A DNA stretch of 64,000 nucleotides from Longimicrobiales bacterium (GCA_965249775.1 OZ252253.1:3232189-3296188); one strand, 5' to 3'. Shown: positions 36,547-46,419, counted from the stretch's first letter. Notes: a model not told the origin generated them from the sequence alone. Program-made: numbers and translations.

Positions 36547-36735
36547 GCCGACTCCCCCTCCTGCCCCCTCTGCTGCAGCTTCCAGCCTCACCCGAGACTG
36601 AATAACTCCCGAGGACCAATAGCCGACGAGTACGGGTGTGTGACCAGCGACTGCTTGCGCGCACCGGCACGCGGATAGAATGTTGCCAGCGTTCACGTGA
36701 CGTGGTGTGCCCCTTTTTCCACCGAGGATAGAACC

Positions 36736-37590
36736 ATGCTTCAGCCTTCTCATCGAGTTATCTGCGTCCTCGGGATGACCGCGCTGACATGGATGGCCAC
36801 GCCCGTTCGGTCGGCAGCCCAGCAGCCCGGCACGATCGTCGAGAGGGACGCGAGGGTGCAGGGCCACACTTATGTGTTCGAGGAAACCGGCGAACAAGTG
36901 CCGTATGCCCTCTTCCTGCCTTCCGAATACGATACCGCCCGCGAATGGCCGCTCATCGTGGCTCTTCACGGCCTGGGTAGACCCTACGACTGGATGATGG
37001 GCTACGAAGGGTTCATCGACTTTGCCGAGCGGGATGGCTACATCGTCGTTTCCCCTTTGGGCTACCACGCTCGTGGGTGGTACGGAAGCAGGGGCTACGG
37101 AATTCCCGGTGGGGCTGCCCGTGGCGGGGCCCAGGGCACGCTCCCCGAGAACCTCGGAGAGCTGAGCGAGCAGGACGTGATGAACGTCTTGGCGATCGCG
37201 AAGGATCGATTCGGCATCGATGATAGTCGTGTGTACCTGTGGGGTCACTCGATGGGGGGTGCGGGCACCTACCATCTCGCTGCCCGATACCCCGACATCT
37301 GGGCTGGGCTAGCCGTCGCCGCTCCGGCTCCACGCCGCGAAACAATCGATCAGATCGAGTCGTTCAGCGAGATTCCCGTGTTGGTGCTCCATGGAGATGA
37401 GGACTCGACCGTCCCGGTCGAGGGGAGTCGAACCTGGGTGGCGCGGATGCGAGAGCTTGGCATGCAGCACGTCTACATCGAGGTTCCGGGCGGGGACCAC
37501 TCGCTCTTCGTTCGGGAGAACCCCGAGACGTTGTCCAAGGTCTTTTCCTTCTTCAATATCGTTGGGAAGGACCAACGGGGCGCGAGGTAG
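36736..37590 (+). CDS. Secreted alpha/beta-hydrolase (carboxylesterase / PHB-depolymerase-like)
   Basis: Start at the ATG at 36736 with GAGGA upstream. Signal peptide. Nucleophile elbow GHSMGG. Confidence 0.7.
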   Translation: MLQPSHRVICVLGMTALTWMATPVRSAAQQPGTIVERDARVQGHTYVFEETGEQVPYALFLPSEYDTAREWPLIVALHGLGRPYDWMMGYEGFIDFAERDGYIVVSPLGYHARGWYGSRGYGIPGGAARGGAQGTLPENLGELSEQDVMNVLAIAKDRFGIDDSRVYLWGHSMGGAGTYHLAARYPDIWAGLAVAAPAPRRETIDQIESFSEIPVLVLHGDEDSTVPVEGSRTWVARMRELGMQHVYIEVPGGDHSLFVRENPETLSKVFSFFNIVGKDQRGAR

Positions 37591-37599
37591 CTTCATCAG

Positions 37600-38199
37600 A
37601 TGGTTGATTCGACAGTTTTCTCCAAGATCGATGCGGACCGAATCCTAAGGCGCGCCGCCGAAATCGAAGGGTCTGAGGACGGCAGACCTCTTACGATCGA
37701 CGAGCTTCGGTCGATCGCGGGGGAAGCCGGCTTCGGCGCGCAAGCGGTCGAGCGCGCTATCGTCGAGGCCCAGCAAGCGGTCCCGACAGAAGCCGGCCAC
37801 CATCATGTTCAGAAGTCCGGGCTGGTGATCACGGATCTATCGACCATCAGAGCCATCCCCATCCAGATCAGCTCCGACCAGCTCATGAAGGCGGTCCGGC
37901 TCTTTCAACCCTATCGGGAAGGGCCGGCTCGCGTAAACCTCGGAGAGCATCAGATCACGTGGCGTGATCGCAAGGGCCTCAGGTTCACGGTCACCTCTTC
38001 CGGTGGAGCCACTGAGATCCGAGTATTCGCGTCAGTGCTCTTCCTGCGAAAAGGTAGGTGGATGGGATGGGTGAAGTCCGCCGCCGACCGGCTGGAGGCG
38101 CTGGTGTACTTGGTGTCCCACCGGCCCCTCCCAGGCACAAAGGAACTCGAGGCTCCGCCTCCAAAAACCCAATCGGCAGGGGCGGGCCCGGAGCACTAG
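37600..38199 (+). CDS. Hypothetical protein
   Basis: 199 aa, no recognisable motif. Coding-like codon bias. Confidence 0.4.
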   Translation: MVDSTVFSKIDADRILRRAAEIEGSEDGRPLTIDELRSIAGEAGFGAQAVERAIVEAQQAVPTEAGHHHVQKSGLVITDLSTIRAIPIQISSDQLMKAVRLFQPYREGPARVNLGEHQITWRDRKGLRFTVTSSGGATEIRVFASVLFLRKGRWMGWVKSAADRLEALVYLVSHRPLPGTKELEAPPPKTQSAGAGPEH

Positions 38200-38211
38200 C
38201 CGAGGGTCCCT

Positions 38212-40458
38212 CTAGTACGCCAGCGGATCCGGCCGGATCTGGAACTTGACGATCTTGCTCGTTGTGCCCCTGCCGCCCTCCAGATGCCAGGGAATGTTCG
38301 TGCCGAAGTCGGCCCAGACGCCCCGTCCCTTCCATCCGGCATCGGGATCGTCGATGCGACCGTCCAGTCCCCGGGAGTAGAAGCCCAAGGGGTAGGGGAC
38401 CCGCATCCGGACCCACTCACCCGAATCGGGATTGAGAGCCAGGAGAGCATCGGAGGTCGTACCGTTGGCGATGGGTACGTTCTCTCCCAGCCCCAAGGTG
38501 TTGAACTGGTCCACCCAGTTGTAGTAGTGAAAATCCGCACTCCTCGAGTTGTCTACGTTCTTCATTTGCGGTCCCGGAGCGGGATAGAGGGTCCACCCCT
38601 CGGGGCAGTGCTGGCCCGTGGCCTCAGGCCCGTTCAGCACGGTGCACTTGCTCCGGTCGAAGCTGGCCAGGTGGCTGCTTCCCGAGAGCGCCGTCCAGAC
38701 GATCCCGTCCCGGGTGATGTCGATCCCGCGGGGTGAGTATCCCCAGTCCTCTTCGGGCACATCAGGATTCTCGAAGGGCGGCTCGTACACTTCCGCCGCA
38801 CAGGTCTCCGGCGGGTTGTCTCCCAGCTCCAGTCGAATGAGCCGGCCTGGCACGCCGCCCGTCCGGGCGACCCAGATGGCGTCGTCCACCGGGTTCACGA
38901 TGACCCCGTAGGCGAAGCCCGTGATCCGGGTGTCCCGACTCGGATCACTGGGACCACGGCCCTGGTTCCAGGGCCTCGTGATCCGTCCGTCACCGTTGGT
39001 GTCGATGACCGTGGGGCACCAGCCTTGGGCCTCCTCGGCCCGGAGCGCGAGGCGCGCGGGCGCCTGGTCCCGGATCTGATTCACCAAGGGGCCCTGAGGG
39101 CCGTCCAGGAGTGGGGTGGTTCTCACCCAGCCGATGACCTGAGTGTCACCGCTGAAGTAGAGGGTATTGTCCGGGTCCTCTCCGAACTGGAGGTGGTGGG
39201 TCCCGAAGCACGTGTCGACGAGCGTGAACTCTTCCGTGTCGGGGTGGTAGACCGAAGCCTGCCGCCCACTGCCGTTGAGGGGGAAGTACTGGGCAAAGGC
39301 ATTGGACGAGCCCTCCCGGCACCAATCGGGGTTGTTCCCGTTGTTGCGGATTCTCGAGGTGAGCCAGACGCGTCCCTCCTGGTCCATCATGGGATTGTGG
39401 ACGTTGGCCTGGCCCTCGAGGATGATCTCCTCGCCCCAGAAGACCGACGGCTCGAAGCCGGGGTTGGCGGGGAAGTAGGGTTGGGTCTCGGGATCCCGCA
39501 CGGGCACCCGCAGCTCCCGGGCCTCGTTGGTCCCGGGCTCCATGATCAGCAATCGGTCGTCGGACATGGAGACGCCGTATACGGGGCCGTCGGCGTTGAC
39601 CTCGGGGGCGCGCTTGTCCGAAGCGACCTCGTCGTGCACGTAGGACGTGCCGTCACCCCAGTCCCAGAGGGTGAGTACCACGTTGCGCTCCTCTCCGCGG
39701 GGCCGGGGTGGCTGGGGCGGCACTTCGCCGGCCGTGATCCGGTCCGTCCAATCTGCGAACTGCTGCACGGCCCGCTCCCGCCCCATTCCGGCCAGGGCGC
39801 CGTTCATCCGGGCACCGCGCTGCCCGAAGGTCACGCGGGTACTCCACGCTTCTTCTGCAGTGGAGAAGCGGCGGTCGAGGTGGGCGATCTCGCGCGTGAT
39901 CTGGTTCCCGAGCTGGTGACAGAGTTGGCAGCCTTGCTTGAGGTTGTCGATCCACTGCGCCTGTGACCGGACGCCAGGGTTGATGCCGTTCCCGGAGGGC
40001 CCGGTACCCGGGAACTCGTCCGCGTGAGGGACCTCCAGGAGGGAGTACCAGTAACTGGCCGGATAGACCGCCGCTGCCTCCTGGGGCGTTTCCGGATACG
40101 CCGGCGTCAGGACGAGATCGTCGCCCGGCTCGGCCATCACGGGCTCGGAGTCGGCCAGCCCGTATCCCCGAACCCAGACGTCGTAGTTCGCGTCGGGCAA
40201 TTCGGGCAAGACGAAGCGGCCTTCGTCATCGGTGACGACGATCTTGGCGAAGCCTGTGCCGAGGTCATCGGACTCCGCGATGACCCATACGCCAGCCTCG
40301 GGGCCGTTTTCACCCTGGACCACGCCCATAACGGCGTCGTGCATTGCTGGCGGAGCACAGGCGGAGGAGGCGATCGCCAATGCCAAGGACGCGGCAAGGG
40401 GGGCCCTATGGCCCATTAAGTGCTCGTACACCTTTCTAGGCCGCATCTGCTCTGGCAT
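38212..40458 (-). CDS. Lipoprotein with N-terminal carboxypeptidase-regulatory-like domain and a CXXCH c-type-heme-binding motif
   Basis: Start at the ATG at 40458 with GGAGGT 7 nt upstream. Signal/lipobox ...LALAIASSAC. CarbopepD_reg-like VVQGENGPEAGVWVIAESDDLGTGFAKIVVTDDEGRFVLPELP. Heme motif NLKQGCQLCHQLGN. Confidence 0.65.
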   Translation of the reverse strand: MPEQMRPRKVYEHLMGHRAPLAASLALAIASSACAPPAMHDAVMGVVQGENGPEAGVWVIAESDDLGTGFAKIVVTDDEGRFVLPELPDANYDVWVRGYGLADSEPVMAEPGDDLVLTPAYPETPQEAAAVYPASYWYSLLEVPHADEFPGTGPSGNGINPGVRSQAQWIDNLKQGCQLCHQLGNQITREIAHLDRRFSTAEEAWSTRVTFGQRGARMNGALAGMGRERAVQQFADWTDRITAGEVPPQPPRPRGEERNVVLTLWDWGDGTSYVHDEVASDKRAPEVNADGPVYGVSMSDDRLLIMEPGTNEARELRVPVRDPETQPYFPANPGFEPSVFWGEEIILEGQANVHNPMMDQEGRVWLTSRIRNNGNNPDWCREGSSNAFAQYFPLNGSGRQASVYHPDTEEFTLVDTCFGTHHLQFGEDPDNTLYFSGDTQVIGWVRTTPLLDGPQGPLVNQIRDQAPARLALRAEEAQGWCPTVIDTNGDGRITRPWNQGRGPSDPSRDTRITGFAYGVIVNPVDDAIWVARTGGVPGRLIRLELGDNPPETCAAEVYEPPFENPDVPEEDWGYSPRGIDITRDGIVWTALSGSSHLASFDRSKCTVLNGPEATGQHCPEGWTLYPAPGPQMKNVDNSRSADFHYYNWVDQFNTLGLGENVPIANGTTSDALLALNPDSGEWVRMRVPYPLGFYSRGLDGRIDDPDAGWKGRGVWADFGTNIPWHLEGGRGTTSKIVKFQIRPDPLAY

Positions 40459-40626
40459 TTCCTACCTCCTGGGCCGGCGAGCCACCCGGTGTGAACACCG
40501 GGGGGCGCTGTGTATGGTCCCAACTCACGGATCGCGATTTACACACGGGTTAGCATGCCGACCCGAGACCGGCGCCGCAAGGCGAGGCCGGGGCACCCCG
40601 CCTGATGGAGGGCTAGAGGCGTGGGG

Positions 40627-41067
40627 TTAGGCCTTGGCTTCTAGGATCTCCTTGAGGCGTCTGTAATCGCTGCGGACGCTGGAGCCGACCAGGAGCTTCA
40701 TGAGAGGCTCGGCCAGGCGAAACAGCCCCGATGAGTCCCCCCGGACAATGGCCCTCACATGTGATTGCCCATCACCGCGACTCGCGACTTCCCGCGTGAC
40801 GTCGATGGGCATCGAGCCTCCGGTGGTGCGGATGCGGATGCGCTCTCCGGGCTCGAACTCGACGACCTCGAAGGAGGACACGATCGTTCTTCCCAGGAAG
40901 CGCGCTTCCTGCTCGTAGGTGGAGCCGAATCGGAGCGGCGGATCGCTGGTCCACCGGCACTCCCGCATGCCCCCCTGCCAGCGCGGGTTGTTGGCCATGT
41001 CGGCGATAAAGTCGAAGACGACCTCGGCGGGTCGATCGATGTCGATGGACGCTTGGACTTCCAGCAT
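40627..41067 (-). CDS. SRPBCC (START/Bet v1-like, polyketide-cyclase/dehydrase fold) protein
   Basis: 146 aa. N-terminal IDIDRPAEVVFDFIADMANNPRW is typical of this family. Confidence 0.65.
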   Translation of the reverse strand: MLEVQASIDIDRPAEVVFDFIADMANNPRWQGGMRECRWTSDPPLRFGSTYEQEARFLGRTIVSSFEVVEFEPGERIRIRTTGGSMPIDVTREVASRGDGQSHVRAIVRGDSSGLFRLAEPLMKLLVGSSVRSDYRRLKEILEAKA

Positions 41068-41255
41068 CGGGCGGCTCCCTTGGGCTGTGGCAAGCTATCA
41101 GGGCCAGCTGTCGACGCTACCTGTCCTCTGGGATTAGCAGATCAGCGTTGGCCCATCCCACCATTCGTACGCTCGAATACAGTGATGATACTCAGGTGGG
41201 AAGTTCCACGGCGCACAGGCTTGCGATAAGTGCAGACTAAGTGCACTGTATATGC

Positions 41256-41489
41256 ATGGCCGTGAAGACGATTACCATCGATATGGACGCATACGAAGCG
41301 CTGCGGCGCCGCAAGCGGGAAGGGCAGTCGTTCTCCGCTGTGATCAAGGAGCACTTCTCCGGGGGTCCCACTGGCCGCGTGCTGAAGCAGGCTCTCGAGG
41401 ATCTCAATCTGAGCGAGTCCACTCTGGACGCAGTGGATTGTGTGATCGAGGACCGAAGCAAAGACTCGCCCAGGGCGCCCACGTTGTGA
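41256..41489 (+). CDS. vapB: VapB-type antitoxin
   Basis: MAVKTITIDMDAYEALRRRKREGQSFSAVI... is the conserved antitoxin N-terminus. It sits 8 nt upstream of the PIN gene. An operator-like repeat (GTGCAgactaaGTGCAC) and TATAT box lie upstream. Confidence 0.7.
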   Translation: MAVKTITIDMDAYEALRRRKREGQSFSAVIKEHFSGGPTGRVLKQALEDLNLSESTLDAVDCVIEDRSKDSPRAPTL

Positions 41490-41496
41490 CTCACAT

Positions 41497-41901
41497 GTGA
41501 CGCATCTCGACACCTCATTTCTAGTCGACCTGCTCCGCGAAGCAGCACGCGGGGAAGACGGTCCGGCTAGCGTTGCGCTCGACCGCCTCGCCGAAGAAGA
41601 GCTGGCGGTCAGTGTGCTCGTCGCCTGTGAGCTCTACGCGGGAGCGGAGTTGGCGGACGATCCGGAGGTTGAGCGCACCCGGGTCGCCTCGCTGCTGAAG
41701 GCGCTTCAAGTCGTGCACACGGGCGACCACTTCGCGCCTCTCTACGGCGGCCTACTTGCCGAGCTCCGCCGCAGAGGAGAGGCCGTCTCCACCATGGACC
41801 TGCTCATCTCCACAGCGGCACGCACCCACGACGCCGCAGTCGTCACGCGCAACACACGCGACTTCGAGCGGGTCCCGGGCTTGGACGTCCTAAGCTACTG
41901 A
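41497..41901 (+). CDS. vapC: VapC PIN-domain ribonuclease toxin
   Basis: GTG start. LDTSFLVDLLR, ACELYAGAE and the C-terminal TRNTRDFERVPGL carry the PIN acidic residues. Confidence 0.8.
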   Translation: MTHLDTSFLVDLLREAARGEDGPASVALDRLAEEELAVSVLVACELYAGAELADDPEVERTRVASLLKALQVVHTGDHFAPLYGGLLAELRRRGEAVSTMDLLISTAARTHDAAVVTRNTRDFERVPGLDVLSY

Positions 41902-41915
41902 GCGCCGCCAGCCGC

Positions 41916-42668
41916 TCACGGCTTCGCGAAGATTGCTTCGTCTACCGGCCCGTTGACTACCGTCCGGCCAAAGGTCACGTCCAGGTCGAAGACGCCGGGA
42001 ATGACCTGCTGCTGTCTCGTCGGCATTTGGACGCCCTCGAACGTCTCATACTCGCTGAGCCGAACCGTCACCTCGACCAGCCCCCCGGCCTCCGGAACGT
42101 CGAGCTCGAGAAGGAGCTGGGTGACGAGGTGCGTTTCCTTGTCGAGGAAGTAGCGGTAGGGGATGCCACCCGCCGAGATCTCTACCACGAAATGATCTCG
42201 ACCGTCTACCTGCTCGTCGTCCGCCTTGGCGTATTGTACATCATCGAATATGGGGTTCTGGTACCCGACGAACCAATCCAGGACCGACTGGTTGCGCAGG
42301 TTCGCCGCGGCGGTCCCGGTCAACTCGATGGTTCCCGTGAAGTCGTCCGATTGCCAGGCGACGGATCCGTCCCAGGCGCTGGTCTGTGAGAACAGATCGC
42401 TCCGCAGAGCCTGATAGATCTTCTGATGCGGGACGATCACGACTTCCATGTCGCCCCCGATGTCGCCGAACTCAGTGCCCATCGTGAAGGTGCCGGCGGC
42501 TCTCAGGGTCTCGATCCGCTCGATGGCCTCGCGGCCACCCGCCGCCGCCACCGCGGCTTCGACGATGTCGTCGAGGCTTTGCGCCTGCGCCACGCCAGTC
42601 CACCCCAGCACGGCGAGAGTCAGCAACAGCCCCGCCCCATTCGAGCCTCGTGCTCCGTTAATCGTCAT
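41916..42668 (-). CDS. Secreted LolA-like / outer-membrane-lipoprotein-sorting-like hypothetical protein
   Basis: Signal peptide LLLTLAVLGWTGVAQAQS. Beta-rich, about 220-aa mature protein. Confidence 0.45.
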   Translation of the reverse strand: MTINGARGSNGAGLLLTLAVLGWTGVAQAQSLDDIVEAAVAAAGGREAIERIETLRAAGTFTMGTEFGDIGGDMEVVIVPHQKIYQALRSDLFSQTSAWDGSVAWQSDDFTGTIELTGTAAANLRNQSVLDWFVGYQNPIFDDVQYAKADDEQVDGRDHFVVEISAGGIPYRYFLDKETHLVTQLLLELDVPEAGGLVEVTVRLSEYETFEGVQMPTRQQQVIPGVFDLDVTFGRTVVNGPVDEAIFAKP

Positions 42669-42808
42669 CCCACACCTCCTACTTGAAGCAGTGGTCCCGT
42701 TCGCAATTGGTGTACGTGACTACTGACGTGTTCCTTCAGCCAAAGGTGTCAACCATGTCAGCCAGGGGTGCCCCTTAGGGCCCGTGGGCGGCGCGTTGGG
42801 TGGCTCAT

Positions 42809-43969
42809 CTATACGTGCTCCCCCACCGAGTGCCCGACGGCCTCCAAGGCTGCGACGATCTCCTTCACGTGCTCTTTTCCGCGAGTCTCCAGGTGCATCA
42901 CGACCTCCACGTCGCCCACCGTGATGTCGGCGAACGCGCGACGGTGCCGGATCTCGAGCACGTTGGCACCCAGATCGCCTACGACCTTGGTCAGTTCTGC
43001 AAGCGATCCCGGGCGATCCCTCACGGTCACCCTCAGCCTGGCCATCCGCCCGTCCACCACCAACCCCCGTTCGATGATGCGGGCGATCATGTTCACGTCG
43101 ATATTGCCGCCGGCCAACACTGCGGCGACCACGTCGCCGGCTCCGAGCGAGATCCGCCCACTCACCAACGCTGCCAGGGGCGTTGCCCCCGCTCCCTCGA
43201 CTACGGTTCGCTCGTGTTCCAGAAGCAGTAGGACTGCCCGTGCGATCTCCTCCTCTTCAACGACGACGATGTCATCCACGTATTCTGCGATCAGGGGAAA
43301 CGTGAGATCGCCGATTCGCTGCACTGCAATGCCATCCGCGATAGTCTCGGTGCTCTCGATGGGAGTCACCTCGCCCATCTCGCGCGAACGGTAGGCCGCA
43401 GGCGCGGCCGCAGCTTCCACGCCGACGACCTGGACCGAGGGGTGCAGGCCTTTGATGGCGACCGCGATTCCCGAGATGAGCCCGCCCCCACCGAGAGGGA
43501 CGACCACGTGCGTCAGGTTCGGAACCTGTTCTGCGAGCTCCAGGCCGATCGTCCCCTGGCCCGCCATGACCGCGAGATCGTCGTACGGATGCACCATGGC
43601 GAGGCCGTCCTCGTCTGCCAGCCGGAGCGCCTCCGCCAGGGAGTCGGAAACCGTGTCGCCATGCATGATCACGCGCGCCCCAAAGCCACTCGTATTCGTG
43701 CTCTTCACCAAGGGTGTGCTAATCGGCATCACGACCGTCGCCGGAATGCCCAGGCGCGTGGCATGGTACGCAACGGCCTGGGCGTGGTTGCCGGCACTGG
43801 CCGTCACGATTCCCCGCGACCGCTCCTCTTCGGACAACTCAAGCAGCTTGTTGAGTGCTCCACGATCCTTGAACGACCCCGTGCGCTGCCGGGTCTCGAA
43901 CTTGAGCCAGAGAGAGCACGCCACGAGATCGCCGAACGCCATCGATCTGGTGCACGGGGTGAGCACCAC
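42809..43969 (-). CDS. ilvA: Threonine ammonia-lyase (threonine dehydratase) with C-terminal ACT-like regulatory domain
   Basis: PLP-site motifs QRTGSFKDRGA, GNHAQAVA, GGGGLISG. The C-terminal regulatory domain is present. Confidence 0.85.
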   Translation of the reverse strand: MVLTPCTRSMAFGDLVACSLWLKFETRQRTGSFKDRGALNKLLELSEEERSRGIVTASAGNHAQAVAYHATRLGIPATVVMPISTPLVKSTNTSGFGARVIMHGDTVSDSLAEALRLADEDGLAMVHPYDDLAVMAGQGTIGLELAEQVPNLTHVVVPLGGGGLISGIAVAIKGLHPSVQVVGVEAAAAPAAYRSREMGEVTPIESTETIADGIAVQRIGDLTFPLIAEYVDDIVVVEEEEIARAVLLLLEHERTVVEGAGATPLAALVSGRISLGAGDVVAAVLAGGNIDVNMIARIIERGLVVDGRMARLRVTVRDRPGSLAELTKVVGDLGANVLEIRHRRAFADITVGDVEVVMHLETRGKEHVKEIVAALEAVGHSVGEHV

Positions 43970-44283
43970 CTGATCTCCAACGCGCTCCTTGGCCTCGACG
44001 ATGTCGGGGAGGGTCAGCGAAGGAGGCGCCGGGACACTCGAGCCGTTGTTTGAAACGAGGTCCTCCTCGCTCGGCGTTACGGTCTACCAAAGGGCCGAGC
44101 AAACTCACTCGGCCTACCAAACTCATCGCACGGAAGTACACAATGAAGCGAAGCGAAGGATTGGCGAAAAGCAAGAAGGCCGGCTGCCGCTATCGACGGC
44201 GGTCGGAGGCGACTAAACTGACCGCTTGCCTCGGTCCGTGAAGCCGCCGGGGGCGGCTGCAACCGATTCGTTGGAGGGAAATC

Positions 44284-46419
44284 ATGCGAGCTGGATTCCT
44301 CGGGGTTCTTCTGGCCTCCGTATTCGTTCTCCCTGTGAGCGCGCAGGATGATCGCCGTCCGATGACGGTGGACGACGCAATGGACATGGTGCAGGTCGGT
44401 AGCCCACTCATGTCCCCCGACGGCGCTTGGGTGCTCTACTCTCGGCGCACGCTCAACTGGAAAGACAACGAATACGAGACCGAGTACTGGAGGGTGCACG
44501 CAGAGGGCGGTGAGGCGTACCGCTACATCGGGGAGGACGGAGGGAGCGCCTTCCAGTTCTCGCCGGATGGGACGTATCTCACATTCCGACGGGCCGTGGG
44601 TGGCGGATCCGGCGGTGGAGGCTCCGGGGGTGGCGGATCCGGAGGCGGTAACGGCAGTGCAACGGGCGGCAGCAACCGAGTCCAGCAGATCTTCCTGATG
44701 CGGACCGCCGGCGGTGAAGCCGTTCAGCTAACCAAGCACGAGACCAGCATCGCCCAGTACCGTTGGGCGAAGGACGGCTCCGCCATCTTCTTCTCGGCCA
44801 CGGACAAGAAGCCGGAGGACGTCGAGCAGGAAGAGAAGGACGGCGCCGACGCCATCTTCGTCGACGAGGGGCCCAACGGACAAACGACGAGCTATTGGAG
44901 CAACGTCTGGGTCTTCGACATGGCCACCAAAGAGGAGCGCCAGATCACCGACGAGGAGCATATCATCGGCAGTTGGGACATCTCCACCGACGGCCAGCGC
45001 CTCGCCCTTACGGCCCGCCTGCAGAACCGCCGCAACGACGCCTACTTGAACGAGATCTATCTCGCCGACGTCGAAACGGGAGAGCTCACGAAGCTGACCG
45101 ACAATCGCGCCCCCGAAAGTGGGCTCGCGTGGGCCCCCGACGGCTCGAGCCTCCTGTACACGGCGGCCGACGACCTGGAGTGGATGAACCGAAACACCAA
45201 GCTTTGGCTGCTCAACCCATCGTCTGGAGAGCACCGGTTGCTCTCAGGGGCCTTCGAGGGCTCTCCCCAGAATTCCGTGTGGAGCACGGACTCGAACACC
45301 ATTTACTTCAGCGGGCGTCAGGGTACGAACGTGAACCTGTTGGCCATCGACGTTGCCACAGGGGCCGTAACCCAGGTCACGGAGATGGTTGGAACGCTCG
45401 CGGCCACGTCCTTCTCGGCTGACCGCTCCCGGTATGCGTATTCCTTCACCGACTACCGGACACCGTCGGATCTTTGGGTCGGTACGACCGCCGGGTCGGA
45501 GCCCGTTCGCCTCACCATTGCGAACCCACAGATCGAAGAGTGGCAGCTCGCCGACATGCAGGTCATCGACTGGGAGAGTACGGACGACTTCACCATCGAG
45601 GGCCTGCTTCATCTGCCAGTCGGTTATGAGGAAGGCGACAGAGTACCGCTCGTGCTGAACATCCACGGGGGTCCCGCCGGCGTTTTCTCGAACAGTTGGC
45701 GGCCGAGCTATCATATCTATGCCGGCCTCGGGTACGCCTCACTCTCTCCCAACGTCCGCGGGAGCAGTGGATATACGGACCAGCTGCGCGAGGGAAACAC
45801 CTTTGCGCAGGGTGACGGCATCGGCCTCGGCGACTATTGGGATCTGATGAACGGCGTGGATCAGCTCATAGATGACGGCATCGTGGATCCGGACCGCATG
45901 GGCGTTAAGGGATGGAGCTACGGAGGCATCCTCGGGGGATGGACGATCACGCAGACCGATCGTTTCAAGGCGGCGTCTCTGGGCGCGGGCGTGTACGACT
46001 GGACGTCCGAGTACGGGCCCGGCTTCAACAACGACGTGAGGCTCTGGCACATTGGCGGCACGCCCTGGGAGAACGCCGACGCCTGGCGCAACCAGAGCGC
46101 GTTGACGCACGTGGCGAACATTACGACTGCCACGCTGCTCATCCACGGTATGAACGACCGCACCGACACCGAACAGCAGAGCATGATGTTCTTCACGGCC
46201 ATCAAGGATATCGGCAGGGCTCCCGTGCGGTACATGAAGTTCCCGCGTGAGCCGCACGGCTTCCGTGAGCCGAGGCATCAGCGTACACGAGACATCGAAG
46301 AATTGCGTTGGATCCAGAAGTACGTGCTGGACCTCGAGTGGACCCCGTGGGAGCGGCCTGAAGAGGACGACGAGGAGGACGAGGAGACGAAGCCGGGAAT
46401 CGCCGCCGACGATGGGTGA
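44284..46419 (+). CDS. Secreted S9-family serine peptidase (prolyl oligopeptidase / acylaminoacyl-peptidase-like) with N-terminal beta-propeller
   Basis: Signal peptide. Propeller repeats. Catalytic GWSYGG, plus the Asp and His regions (MNDRTD, PHGF). Confidence 0.85.
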   Translation: MRAGFLGVLLASVFVLPVSAQDDRRPMTVDDAMDMVQVGSPLMSPDGAWVLYSRRTLNWKDNEYETEYWRVHAEGGEAYRYIGEDGGSAFQFSPDGTYLTFRRAVGGGSGGGGSGGGGSGGGNGSATGGSNRVQQIFLMRTAGGEAVQLTKHETSIAQYRWAKDGSAIFFSATDKKPEDVEQEEKDGADAIFVDEGPNGQTTSYWSNVWVFDMATKEERQITDEEHIIGSWDISTDGQRLALTARLQNRRNDAYLNEIYLADVETGELTKLTDNRAPESGLAWAPDGSSLLYTAADDLEWMNRNTKLWLLNPSSGEHRLLSGAFEGSPQNSVWSTDSNTIYFSGRQGTNVNLLAIDVATGAVTQVTEMVGTLAATSFSADRSRYAYSFTDYRTPSDLWVGTTAGSEPVRLTIANPQIEEWQLADMQVIDWESTDDFTIEGLLHLPVGYEEGDRVPLVLNIHGGPAGVFSNSWRPSYHIYAGLGYASLSPNVRGSSGYTDQLREGNTFAQGDGIGLGDYWDLMNGVDQLIDDGIVDPDRMGVKGWSYGGILGGWTITQTDRFKAASLGAGVYDWTSEYGPGFNNDVRLWHIGGTPWENADAWRNQSALTHVANITTATLLIHGMNDRTDTEQQSMMFFTAIKDIGRAPVRYMKFPREPHGFREPRHQRTRDIEELRWIQKYVLDLEWTPWERPEEDDEEDEETKPGIAADDG
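44597..44660 (+). repeat. 30-bp x2 in-frame tandem repeat encoding a Gly/Ser linker (GGGSGGGGSGGGGSGGGNGS) inside the S9 peptidase
   Basis: gggtggcggatccggcggtggaggctccgg followed by gggtggcggatccggaggcggtaacggcag. Confidence 0.7.

Noticed and set aside
44050-44241. 63-aa highly basic ORF (MKRGPPRSALRSTKGPSKLTRPTKLIARKY...) in the ilvA/S9 divergent intergenic region
   Set aside because: No SD, Arg/Lys-rich from GC-skewed sequence, and it overlaps probable promoters. It is likely spurious.
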